Assembly: GCA_050273025.1 (NCBI GenBank)
Contig: CP158635.1
Span: forward strand, 26,350,001-26,414,000
Length of the DNA stretch: 64,000 bases
From: Cenococcum geophilum
Lineage: Eukaryota
Reading direction: 5' to 3'
The position numbers were made by a program, and so were the translations under genes. The notes beneath the pieces were generated by a model. The model did not search any database, was not told where the DNA came from, and worked only from the letters and a program-made list of their open reading frames with translations. Each line of letters begins with the position of its first letter. Position 1 is the stretch's first letter. This document shows positions 1 to 12,300 of the stretch, piece after piece.

Positions 1-202
1 CAGAGAGCCCTCGGACAGCTCTATGCATACTATTTAATAGGTATTAAAAGCGCAATATTGCTGCGGCGTTGCTAGCGATTAAAGATCGACTGTAGATATA
101 GGGTAATATCTATATAGCGCTAAGCGCACGGGCCTCCTACTTACTAAATTGTAACTTAGCGGCTAATTTAGCTATATAAATTAAACCGTAGATATACTAT
201 TA
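1..202 (+). mobile_element. Crypton element copy A, 3' end only (continues upstream of window)
   Basis: Near-identical, apart from transitions, to 6555-6756 and 17451-17652. Ends in the same GATATACTATTA junction. Confidence 0.8.
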
Positions 203-361
203 GTGTTTAAGGCTTAGCTAAGCGCTTACTTAGTTACTAAGCCGTATATAACATATATAACCCCTATTAATATTCGCGGATATCTACGGCCAAGCCTACA
301 GCCAAGCCGTGGACAGCTTTAAATGTCTTTACCCTTACTAATTAAGTCGCTAATACGCGCG

Positions 362-3300
362 CAGTATGTCTAACAGTTAGCTTAGCTGCGAGCTTAAGAA
401 AAATAGCTGACTGACTGCGTCAATTGGATCGCTTACTGTCCGCTAACTGTTGGATAACGTACGCTAACTATAAAGCTATCAGCTAGCTGTCCCAATTAGG
501 AAATTTGTATAGACTTTATAGTGTTTCATTTTAGATTTTTGGCAGCACCTCTCTATATACAAATATTAACATTGCCTAATTAAAATTTAGCCCTAATTTA
601 CCTAATATAGTATCTAAATATAGCTAAATTCGTCCCGCGCCCGTAGAGGCTTAAAAGGTAGGTAGAATAGTTAGTAGTAAGGACTCCGGAGGCTCTATTT
701 CTATATTAGATTTAATTAAATATAAAGCTCTATTAAGTCTACCTTACTAAGCTAGCTTTTCTGCCTCTGTAGTTGGCTTATAGCTAGTAAGATTAATATT
801 TAAGCTCGTTAACTAGGGTGTAGTTAAAGCTCTATTTAAGTTAATACAGTCAATTAAACTGCTTAATAAAAGGCCTTTAATTAACCACTACTTCTGACAT
901 TGGTTTGCTTTAATCGTATTAGCTAAAAGTCTATTGCGCTTATTAGTAATAATCTTTTTAGCTTAACTAAAGGCTTATTTATATGTGAAGCTTATCGCTA
1001 GTATAGAGAATATATTAAGAGCAATCTTAGCAAGTATTGGATAAAGGATTTGACTAATTTTAAGCCACTAGTTAAGAGGATTAGAAACAACATTATTCTG
1101 CTTATTACCATCTTCGGAACAGATCTTAATAAACTTAAGGCCTATATTATAGTAGCGGTTAAGCTTACTGGCGAGCTTAATACGCTTTTAATTGCGCTTT
1201 AAGGAAGTAAGGCTCTTATCTACGACTAAGGACTGTGCATATTTATTAGTTAAATCATTGTTAGATTTATAAGGAACCTTCCTGCGTTATAGCTTAACTA
1301 GTTCCTTATCTTCCTCATCTACTTGCTTATTAATATAGTTATTAAATAAAGTCTCTATACACCGCTTGGCGTACTTCCACCACTAGGGCCACCGTTTCCA
1401 CTTATCGCGAAAGTAGGCGCGTTTAAGAGACGGATAAAGGATTACTGCGGCAAAGTAGTAAGGGCTTTCGGCCTTTATTTTATTAAAATATTTATTAATC
1501 TTTTTAATAGCTATATTAATACCTAATTTAAGGAAGGAGTTGCATTCGTTTTTAAGGCTTAGCTAAGTTCGCTAGAGGATTTAATAGAGGAGCTCTATAT
1601 TAGTAATTAACTCCTATAGAGCGCCATATAAGCCTTTAATACTAGGACTATTAGCGTTACCTTCTATACGCTTAGTAGCTAATATAAAAGGCTTTAGGAT
1701 CTTAATAAGCTGCTCTACCTACTGCTAATCTTTATTAGTAAGCGCGTCCTAAGATAGATTGTAGTTATTATTAGCGGGCTTCCTTTAAGCTAGTAGATAT
1801 TTATTAATCGCTTTATAAAGAAGTAATATACGGTAAAGTATAAAGTAGGTTAAATTCTACCAAACGCCTCCGTCCTTAATAAGCAGAAGCTCTACTTAAT
1901 TAAAAAGATCGTCCTTAATACAGGCCTTACTCTAGTTCTTAGCAAAGTCCTTACAGCGTCCTATTAATCGCATAATATATTTAACGATATTATAAATCTT
2001 ACCTACAAAGCCTCTCTGCCGCATAAGATCAAATTTAATATAGTCGCTCGCGTCAATCATTAAGCGCTTAAGCTTGCTAACGCCTTTGCCATATATTAAA
2101 GCCTTAACAATAAGGTTAATAATATAGCCAACGCACCAAAGCCGCTCCTTTTTAGGCACTAAGAGGCTTTATAAGAGATGGTCGTAGAGCTCATTATTAT
2201 TACTAGCGTTATTAGCTATTAAGGAGCCAAGCTTATAATTAAATTAATACTTTTAAATTACCGACACTAGGGCCGTTGCTATATTCTTAGTAGAGTATAA
2301 TTCTTATAGTTATAGAAGGCCTAAAAGCACTAATTAAAGCCTTCCGTCTTTATTAATAAAATAAGCCACTATACTAAGCAGTGATATTCCGTTTGTAGAT
2401 ATCCAGATATTATAAATAAGATTAATTTTACTAAGTGCGGTAAGGAGGAGGTCTTTAATATTAACGCGCCGCTGTTTAAATGCGGTTTTAATCCAATTGC
2501 TTAGTAATATAGGCGCCTTTATAAGACAGTCTTAGATCTAAGGACAGTTAAATATTAGTAGAGCGCGCGTAGAAGGACTTATAGCTTAATAAAAGGTAAT
2601 ATTTTATAAAATTGTCTAATTAATATAGGCTTAAACATAGCCAGCTGCCCAGAACGGCTGGCGTTCGTAACTACTAGCGGAAGTAAAAGCTTCTGCGGCT
2701 AATAGTTATATTCTACTACTATAACTTTTAGGGTTAATAATAAGGTCATGCTTTAATTTTAAATAGCCGTTAATATAATCGTTGCCGTTAATTATAAGTA
2801 AAGCACCTAGTCTTTAAGCTAGATGGCAAAGCTTATACAGCTAAAGCCTTTTTTTGCCTAAAGGACCGTCCTAAAAAAGGTCTACTTTATACTTCCATAT
2901 TAGTAATATAGGAGCTTTACTTAATAGCAACCGCTTATTAGTAACTCAGTATCCGTATTTACTAGTAAGCTTACCGTATATTATTAGGTAGAGATTATCC
3001 CAATTAATAGGAAAGATACAGCCGTAGTTCTAATTAGCTAGAGGAGGCTCTCGCGATACGGAATTATCTTAATCGCCCGATTCGGTATTATCGTTAATTA
3101 GAAGAGGGGAGGAAGTAGTTAATCCACAAACCCTACGCGGTGCTAAAGGAGTTAAGTAACGCATAGATTGTGGATTTAATAAAGAAGTAGAGGAAGAAGT
3201 AGAGGAAAAAGTAGAGGAAGAAGCTCTACTGCCTAGCTGACGCGTAAAATGTAATGTATGTTGCATTTTATATAGGTGGCATAGGAGGACGGGTATACGG

Positions 3301-3588
3301 CGCGTAATGGAGATATTAGGGAAAATGCTTTATTTACTATGGCTAAGCGAGAGATTTTTATAGGTTTCTTATTGCTTAGCGTATAATCTTAGTCGAAGAT
3401 TTAAATATCCTTAACTTCTACTAAAAGCTTTAACTTACTACTAAACCTTACCACCAAGGCAGCGAGCTGTTAGCTAGCTACAGTTTTATAGCTAACTAAC
3501 TGTTATAACTCTATAGGCTTACTAACTGCTTACGTTATTAGCCTCTTGGCAGCGACGCTGGCAGCGACGCTAACTCTTAGATATACTG
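362..3588 (-). mobile_element. hAT DNA transposon (complete, RIP-mutated)
   Basis: TIRs CAGTATGTCTAACAGTTAG / CTAACTCTTAGATATACTG. 8-bp TSD TACGCGCG at 354-361 and 3589-3596. The uninterrupted site is visible in Crypton copy C at about 6908. Confidence 0.95.
860..3266 (-). pseudogene. hAT transposase relic (BED finger, catalytic core, C-terminal dimerization domain)
   Basis: ORF 1932-2159 reads RLWCVGYIINLIVKAL (RxxCxxHxxNL motif) and GFVGKIYNIV. About 1080-880 reads NPLN*W...YPILAKIALNIFSI...AFS*AKKIITNKRNRL. Boundaries approximate. Confidence 0.85.
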
Positions 3589-3747
3589 TACGCGCGTACT
3601 ATTAGCCTATTAGCCCAGCCGTGTGCCCGTTTATTTACTCTATGCAGTAAGGTTACTTATCCAGTAGGTATACTTTCTCTACCTCTCCTCCCTAGTTTAT
3701 ATCTGCGTATATAGGAAAATAGGAATCCCCCCTTAGGGCGTAGCTTC

Positions 3748-3941
3748 TGTAAGCTTTGCAGTGTATAGGAATTAAACAAGCAACTTAATTATAAATCTAT
3801 GGAAATCAAGTGGTATAAATACATAAAAGTAGACCCCTAACTCCGGAGCCCATAAGTCATTTAAACCATATCCGAGACATGCGAGGGTAGTGCTGACGCA
3901 GGTGAAACAGGGTAATATGCAAGGTCCGGTAGTCGGTTACA
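3748..3941. mobile_element. solo LTR (194 bp)
   Basis: TGTAAGC...GGTTACA ends; 5-bp TSD GCTTC (3743-3747 / 3942-3946). Absent from Crypton copy C. Shares termini with 37483-37729. Confidence 0.9.
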
Positions 3942-3973
3942 GCTTCTTTAGCAGCATCCTATATATCTTAAAA

Positions 3974-6375
3974 ATGCCATTAATTAGTCGCGTAAAGATT
4001 AACGTTATAAATAATGCCGAACTACGCGCTAACGCGTAGAGTATCCTTACCCTTATATATTCTAAGAGACCTAAAAATATATCTTTAAATTATAAGCCGA
4101 AGTAGAAAGAGTTTAAGGTAAGTAGGTAGGTACTTTATAGAGTAGTATATTTATAACTAACGCGCGTTTTTTTAGGCCTTTTATAAGCGGAAGTAGTACT
4201 ATAACAGTAATACCATTACGGAAGAGAAGCTACTTCTTTTCTTTATTAAGGAGGTTATAGGCCAGCTACTAAAAGTAAAAAGCTATAAGGCTAGTAATAA
4301 CGTGCCTTAGGATAAGATATGGCTCTCCTAGCGCTTAGTTTATAGCTATATTACTACCTTAATAGACCTTTACTAAATATAAAAGGGTATAAAAATAAAT
4401 AGCTACTAGTCTCTACGGGAGGATAATATTAGGGGTTACCTAAAGGTTCTATAATGGAGGGATATATAGTAAAAAAAGAAGCAGTTTATAGATAAGGGTA
4501 GGGATATACTACTTAACGGATATATAAAGGATAAGTTTAAGAGTGTTTACTGCGAGCTATAGGCCTATAGAGACTCCTTACTAAAATACTACCTTTATAC
4601 GCTTATAGATATCCTACTAGGCTACTATATACTTACCTATAGTGGTAATAGGCGCTTCGCTAAGATCTTAAACCTATTTACCTTTAAGTTTAAGGGGAAA
4701 GGTTCTACGCGCTATATACCCCTAATATTTACTATATACGCTAGTAAGTAGAACTAGTATAGCCGCCTTAAGACTATTAGAGCTCTATATAATAAAAAGC
4801 CACTTATCTATATACTTAGTAGGCTAGCTTTTTACCTCTTATACTACTAAAACTGTCGGTTTCACAGGGGGGTGGCCTATTAAGAGTATACTCTTGTTCT
4901 GATGGTTTGCAAATAGGTATCGAAAGCAGAGGATCGTAAGGATCGCAGTGCTTAAGTAGGGGGCTGATGAGTCACCATAAGGGTGACTAATCAGATACAC
5001 GCGACCGCGCAATATACATTCCAACAAAAACCTTAGCAATAAGCCATTTTTAAACTTTAGTAAGTAGTTAGTGTAGTATAATATCTACCTAATTAAGAGT
5101 AGCGCTAGGGACTATAAGATGGCCTTTTTATATAACTTATAGCGGGAGTAGGTTACTAAGGTATTTTAGGCCGTTAGCGTCTTCTTATAAAAGAAGACCT
5201 ATATTAGGTAAAGCGCTAGCGCTAAAACAGCAGAGCTAAAAGGGGTTAGTAAAAACTAGATTAAACGCGCTAGTAGGTAAAACTAGGAGTAAATAGTTAG
5301 CTATTACTTAAACTTACTACTATAGGAGTTTATACGGATAATAGCTGGCCATTTACCGTAAATAGGCTACTTTAAGATTTGTAGGGTAAGCGTTACCCCC
5401 CCTAATATACTACTGTTAATAATCTAGCCAAAGCTAAATATTTAGAAGGGTTGGTTTAGCCCTTAGGTTAGCTAGGTTAATAACCTTATAGCTATAGGCG
5501 TTATAAACCTCCTATTTTATCTCTGGGAGGTTATTCTATAGAACTTAGTAGTCCTCTATAAGATATTCCTAAGTAGCCCTATATAGAACTACCTAGTCTT
5601 CTAGTATAAGGCCTATCTACCCTTTATACAGAAGGTTAAAGCCTACCTATAGTAGGAGAAAGAAGGCCTTAGCTAGCTATTAATACTTTACTAAGCTATG
5701 CTAACTATTATAAACTATCTAAAGACTATAGACGCCTAAGCACGTAAGCTATAGGTGTTATTTAACCGTATAGCTAAGTCCTAATAGGCGTAGTTTTTAT
5801 AGCTTTAATTACTTATATCTAGCAGCCTTACCTTTTAGCTTAAGGTTCCTTTAGTATTTATATATTTACATTTAATAGTATACCTACTAACGGCACGTTT
5901 ACTAACGGCACGTTTATTAGCGCTTTTATTTATTACGGAATTAAGCTAAGATATATCGGCCTAGGTAAGCGCTATAGCTTCCCCTTTACTAGCGCCGCCG
6001 TAGCTATAGCTATAGCTATAGCTATAGTAAGGGCCTAAGCCTAAGTAGCCACCTAAGTAGCCGCCTATATATTATATATGCCGTATAGTAAAGTCTATAT
6101 AGGCCCTTTAACGCGAGTGGACTAAAGGGCTTAGAGGTAATCCTTTTATAGTAGCGCTAGATTCTAAATAGAGTAGTAAATAATAGGCTGGCTGGTAAAA
6201 CGAGCTCTAATAGTACTCCCTACGGCTTAAGGTTATTAAGGAGATTAGGCGGATCGCGTAGGCCTAAAGGGTTAGTAAGAAAGCGGCTATATAGTAGGTT
6301 AATTAATAATAGGAGCGGATATAGTGCTTATTAAATTAGCTTTATAAATGGCTTTAAGCGAGTAAAAAGGCTTAA
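3974..6375 (+). pseudogene. Crypton tyrosine recombinase (NDC10-II-like) with C-terminal GCR1_C domain, copy B
   Basis: ATG at 3974; GT..CTAAC..AG intron at about 4118-4175. RIP-read motifs ITEEKLLLFL, KKT(H)I(G)(R)SA(G)AKTAELKGVS...RA(G)R(W)...YLN, and REWTKGLRGNP...ALD (GCR1_C-like, about 6110-6300). Confidence 0.85.
4854..5026. mobile_element. solo LTR (173 bp)
   Basis: TGTCGG...CCAACA ends; TSD AAAAC (4849-4853 / 5027-5031). Absent from Crypton copy C. Confidence 0.9.
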
Positions 6376-9374
6376 AAATAGTATATATATATCTAACTTT
6401 TAAGAAGTCCTCTTAAAGCCTTTATTTATAGCCCCTTAGGGGCTTATTTTAGTACAGTATAAGTTTAGTAGGGTACTTATATAATAGCGGCGCCTAATCT
6501 AAAACGTAAATATCTCTATTAACCTATAGCTAATTCTTGCCATCCTAGTACGAGTAGAGAGCCCTTGGATAGCTCTACGTATACTACTTAATAGGTATTA
6601 AGAGCGTAATATTACTGCGGCGTTACTAGCGATTAAAGATTAACCGTAGATATAGGGTAATATCTATATAGCGCTAAGCGCACGGGCCTCCTACTTGCTA
6701 AATCGTAACTTAGTAGCTGATTTAGCTATATAAATTGAACTGTAGATATACTATTAGTGTTTATAGCTTAGCTAAGCGCCCGCTTAGTTACTAAGCCGTA
6801 TATAATATATATAGCCCCTATTAATATTTACGGATATCTATAGCTAAGCCTATAGCTAAGCCGTAGACATTTTTAAATATCTTTACCCCTACTAATTAAG
6901 TCGCTAACGCGCGCGTATTATTGGCCTATTAGCCCAGCCGTACGCCTATTTATTTACCCTATATAGTAAGGTTACTTATCCGGTAGGTATACTTTCTCTA
7001 CCTCTTCTCCCTAGTCTATATCTACGTATATAGGAAAATAGGAACCCCCCCTTAGGGCGCAGCTTCTCTAGCAGCATCCTACATATCTTAAAAATGCCGT
7101 TAATTAGTTGCGTAAAGATTAATATCGTAAATAATACCAAACTACGTGCTAATGCGTAAAGTATCCTTACCCTTATACGTTCTAAGAGACCTAAAAATAT
7201 ATCTTTAAATTATAAGCCAAAGCAAAAAGAGTTTAAGGTAAGTAGGTAGGTGCTTTATAGAGTAGTATACTTATAACTAACGCGCGTTTTTTTAGGCCTT
7301 TTATAAGCGAAAGTAGTATTATAATAGTAATACCGTTACAGAAGAGAAGCTACTTCTTTTCCTTATTAAGGAGGTTATAGGCCGGCTACTAAAAGTAAAA
7401 AGCCATAAGGCTAGTAATAACGTACCTTAGGATAAGATACGGCTCTCCTAGCGCTTAGTTTATAGCTATATTACTACCTTAATAGACCTTTACTAAATAT
7501 AAAAGGGTATAAAAATAAATAGCCACTAGTCTTTACGGGAGGATAATATTAGGGGTTACCTAAAGGTTTTATAACGGAGGGATACATAGTAGAAAAAGAA
7601 GTAGTTTATAGATAAGGGTAGAGATATACTACTTAACAGATATATAAAGGATAAGTTTAAAAGTGTTTACTGCGAGCTATAGGCCTATAAAGACTCCTTA
7701 CTAAAATACTACCTTTATACGCTTATAGATATCCTACTAGGCCACTATATACTTACCTACGGTAGTAATAGGCGCTTTGCTAAGATCTTAAACCTATTTA
7801 CCTTTAAGTTTAAGGGGGAAGGTCCTACGCGTTATATACCCCTAATATTTACTATACGCGCTAGTAAGTAAAACTAGTATAGCCGCCTTAAGACTATTAG
7901 AGCTCTATATAATAAAAAGCCGCTCGTCTATATACTTAATAGGCTAGCTTTTTACCTCTTATACTACTAGAACCTTAGTAATAAGCCGTTTTTAAACTTT
8001 AGTAAGTAGTTAGTGTGGTATAATATCTACCTAATTAAGAGTAGCGCTAGGGACTATAGGATGGCCTTTTTATATAACTTATAGCGGGAGTAGGTTACTA
8101 AGGTATTCTAGGCCGTTAGCGTCTTCTTATAAAAGAAGACCTATATTAGGTAAAGCGCTAGCGCTAAAACAGCGGAGCTAAAAGGGGTTAGTAAAAACTA
8201 GATTAAATACACTAGTAGGTAAAACTAGGAGTAGATAGTTAGCTATTACTTAAACTTACTACTATAGGAGTTTATACGGATAATAGCTGGCTATTTGCCG
8301 TAAATAGGCTACTTTAAAATTTATAGGGCAAGCGTTACCCCTCCTAATATACTACTATTAATAATCTAGCCAGAGCTAAATATTTAGAAGGGTTAGTTTA
8401 GCCCTTAGGTTAGCTAGGTTAATAACCTTATAGCTATAGGCGTTATAAACCTCCTATTTTATCTCCAGGAGGTTATCCTATAGAACTTAGTAGTCCTCTA
8501 TAAGATATTCCTAAGTAGCCCTATATAGGACTACCTAGTCTTCTAGTATAAGGCCTATCTACCCTTTATACGGAAGGTTAAAGCCTACCTATAGTAGGAG
8601 AAAGAAGGCCCTAGCTAGCTATTAATACTTTACTAAGCTATACTAACTATTATAAACTACCTAAAGACTATAGACGCCCGAGTACGTAAGCTATAGGTAT
8701 TATTTAACCGTATAGCCGAGTCCTAATAGGCGTAGTTTTTATAGCTTTAATTGCTTATATCTAGCAGCCTTACCTTTTAGCTTAAGGTTTCTTTAGTATT
8801 TATATATTTATGTTTAACAGTATACCTACTAATAGCACGTTTACCAATAGTATGTTTATTAGCGCTTTTATCTATTATAGAATTAAGCTAGGATATATCG
8901 GCCTAGTATTACGGACGCTTTAAGTACGATGTTATAACTACTAGGAGAGGAGTCGGAAGAAGCTAGTTAGTTAATTTAGGCACAGTCCAAGATGGAGCTG
9001 GCAGAACTATGTAACGAGGAATAGTAACCGAGGTTATATAATATGCTACATATTAAACAAAAGGAATGGGAGGAACTTATATACCTTACGTATAAGACGT
9101 ATATTACGTATAAGAAGGATTTTATAGGAGTACGGTTATGTATTTAAGGACCCTTAATCCCTACCTAGATAGTTCCTTCCTTATAGTGATTTTTAGAATA
9201 TAATTAGAGTTAATCTATTAGGCAACCACTCCACCAGTTATTATTACGTTGTTAACTTTAACTTACATCACCTATATACCTAGCCCAATAACAAGCCCAT
9301 CGTAGTTCTTGCTATAAGGTTCCGTTACACAATTACTACCTAGTTATAGTATTAAGCACAAAAAGTCGAACAAT

Positions 9375-12300
9375 ATGCCACTAAAAGCAGCCACTATAAC
9401 GCCATTAACGGCAGCAACTACTTCGAGGTTAGGTAATGACACCAATATAGCAGATACTAACTTACAGTAACCTATAACAGTTGGACAGTTATAAGAGATA
9501 GTCGACTAGCTAACAGAAAATAATGTAATGTTAGAAAATAGGATTAACGGGATAGGCGCAGCAAAGGTTAAGTTACTATTGATTAAAAGATACTTAGGAG
9601 AGAGATTAAAGCTTAAAGGATTTTTTACGTAAATGTACTTTAAGGTCGCGTAAGAGGGAGCTAAGCTAGCAACACCTATAGATTAAATAGTATACGCAGG
9701 ATTATTCTTAACAGGAAGAGTACTTAAATAGTTTAAGCCTTACCTTACAGAGATCTAGGTAAACGGAATAACAACTACAAACTAAGAGGTACGGTTTATA
9801 TTCTTAAGCTGGAATGGATTTATAGAGCGACTTATATAAATATTTAGAGACCTAGAGGCAGTAACTACGGTAAAAAGAAAACTTTAAGATATTACGCAAC
9901 GAACCTTAGCAATTAAGTATATAATATAGTTCCAGACATTAGCAATATAAGTTAAGTGGAATAATAGGGCGCTTATAGCACAGTATAAATAGGGACTTAA
10001 GGCTAAAGTCTAGGACGCGATTATCCTAATAAAAGATACAGATACCCTAAGGGAACTAATAGATTAGGTGATTAAGATTAATAATTAAATCTACTAAAGG
10101 GAATAGACTAAGAGAGATTAGGACAGAGTTCTATAGTTATATAAGGCGCAGAGTACGCAACGACTAAAGCTAAGTTAAAAACTATAGTATGGCGCAGAGC
10201 TAATGGACTTAAGTAGTACTAAAGAAGCCTATAAGAGATGGAGTACAAAACCGTAGAAACCTAGAGGATAAAGATTAAGTAATTAAAGGTCTAAGGAGTA
10301 AAGGCCAAATTAGGGATCTTAGTAGCAAAAGATATTTAGGCGGACTCTATAGCAAGAAAAATGGTTTAAAGAAGGAGCTTATATAAATTACAGAAAACAG
10401 GGTCATTATATTAGAGACTGTAAAAGTGGGCAGAGTTACTATATAGTAAAAGGCACGAGACTAGTAGACGATATACACGTATAGAGGGATAACAATATGC
10501 TACGAGGAACAAAAGAGTGTTTAATTAAAAGTTTTGCGTTTTGTTACAATAACGCATACCAAATTTATAAGGACGCTAAGTACGGCGCAGGCTATTAGCT
10601 ATAAGAGCCAGCACCTATAGAATACAGAGGAACCAATAAACTAGTTCGCAGATCGGACATTAAGGACGATAAATTTAACATAGGCGAAATATTCCGTAAT
10701 GATAAGGTAATAAGAGCGGTTTACTAGGAACACGTAGCTATTGAAGATGTTATACTAGAGGTAGAGGATGATTCTACTACAAAATAGGGAACATTAGTAG
10801 GGATTAAAACCCCACTAGATATAATGTCTATCGCTTCGCGAGACGTAAGAGAAGTAGGATAGTAAACCACTTCGGCACTTAATAAAGGCAAAAGGCTAAA
10901 GGCTTAAGATTCTCATAATAAGATAAGAGACGACTAAGATTATTAAGATAAGATAAGGCAAGCTTAAGGACCTATAACGGATAAAAACCAATAGAGCAGA
11001 GTAGTAGCTTAGTTTAGTGATATACAAATAAGCTCGGGACGGAAGTTCCTATAGGCATAAGATTCTCAAGACAAGATAAGTAAGATTTAAGATTCTTAAA
11101 ATAAGATAAGAACACTAAGCAAGCCTAGTTAGACTAAGGCTAGAGCTAAGCTCAAGTTAAAAGCAAGCTTAGGATTAAAGAATTTAAGGGATTAAGAATT
11201 CGGGGTACAAATCAAGACACCTATAAGTAAGAGGTAAGAAGCTTCCTTATAGATTAGAGAATCTGTAGTATAAATAGCAATTAAACTAGGAGATAAATAT
11301 ATAGACTTAGAAGACTTACTAGTTAAACAAAGTGTTTAAACTAAAGATTAAAAAGTTAATACCAGGATTAAGAAGCAAGATAACTTTGAGGATTAAAGCA
11401 TAAGGCGCAAACTAAAAGAAACTATGGAAGAGTTTAGGTAAAGAATTATCGTATAGCAAGAACAGAAACTAGATAAGAGATCTAGTATATTAGGACGTAC
11501 GAAGGACAGAGCATTAGTATAAAGAATTACTAATAGGCTTAGGGCAGGCACACTAAGAGCTAAGTGGCTTACTAAACTAGAGGATAAGGAGGATTTAGGG
11601 ATCCCTACTAGGTTTAAAGAACGACATATAAAGGGCTATTACGATATAGTAATAAGAAGATACTTCCTTACGGATAAGCCGTATATACTCTAACAGCTAT
11701 ACTAAAAGTAGTATAGGCAGAGGCATAATAACAAGTAGGAAGATTTCTATATATAGTTAAATAAGAAAGTTATTTAGGACCACCTAATTATAGAAAAGGC
11801 TATAACTTATATTAAAGGAGCCTTAATTATAACATTAAAGGATCTAGAGGAATAATTAGAGGACTAGAGAAGCGAGAGACGCATCTTAGTACCCGCGAAT
11901 AAAGTTATAACGTTTAAATTAGTACAATAGAGGTTTAAACTTAAGGGCGAAAACGAGCTAAGAGTTAATCTAAAGCACCTAGCACACCACACGTTATTAT
12001 AGATTGCGTACGTAGACGATATATACGAGATGCACAAAAATCCAAAGGAAAAGAATCGGAAATACCCTATAAGAATATACTAGATAACAGACGAGCGATA
12101 GTATAGGAATGCTAAATATATATATAGATGGCATCCAGTAGAGGTTTAAGAGGAAGGAAATTTAATACTTTAACTAGGAAGATTTCTTACGGAAGAATAC
12201 TTAGACGGACAATAGTGGTGGAAATGCCTAGAAAATACGTGTCTATAGTATATAGAGGATAAAAAGCGAACTAGGTATTAGCTAAAGAGTAAGCCAAGTA

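Larger units (their letters stand above)
203..6756 (+). mobile_element. Crypton (tyrosine-recombinase DNA transposon) copy B, RIP-inactivated, ~2.94 kb after removing three nested inserts
   Basis: Colinear with 6757-17652 once the hAT (362-3588) and solo LTRs (3748-3941, 4854-5026) are removed. Encodes a YR/NDC10-II-like plus GCR1_C relic. Confidence 0.85.

Noticed and set aside
4964..4994. CTGATGA-GTCACC-loop-GGTGAC looks like a hammerhead ribozyme core in a solo LTR
   Set aside because: It is followed by TAATCAG, not GAAA, and G>T is not a RIP change. The segment is better explained as a simple hairpin CTGAT(G)AGTCACC / GGTGACTAATCAG.
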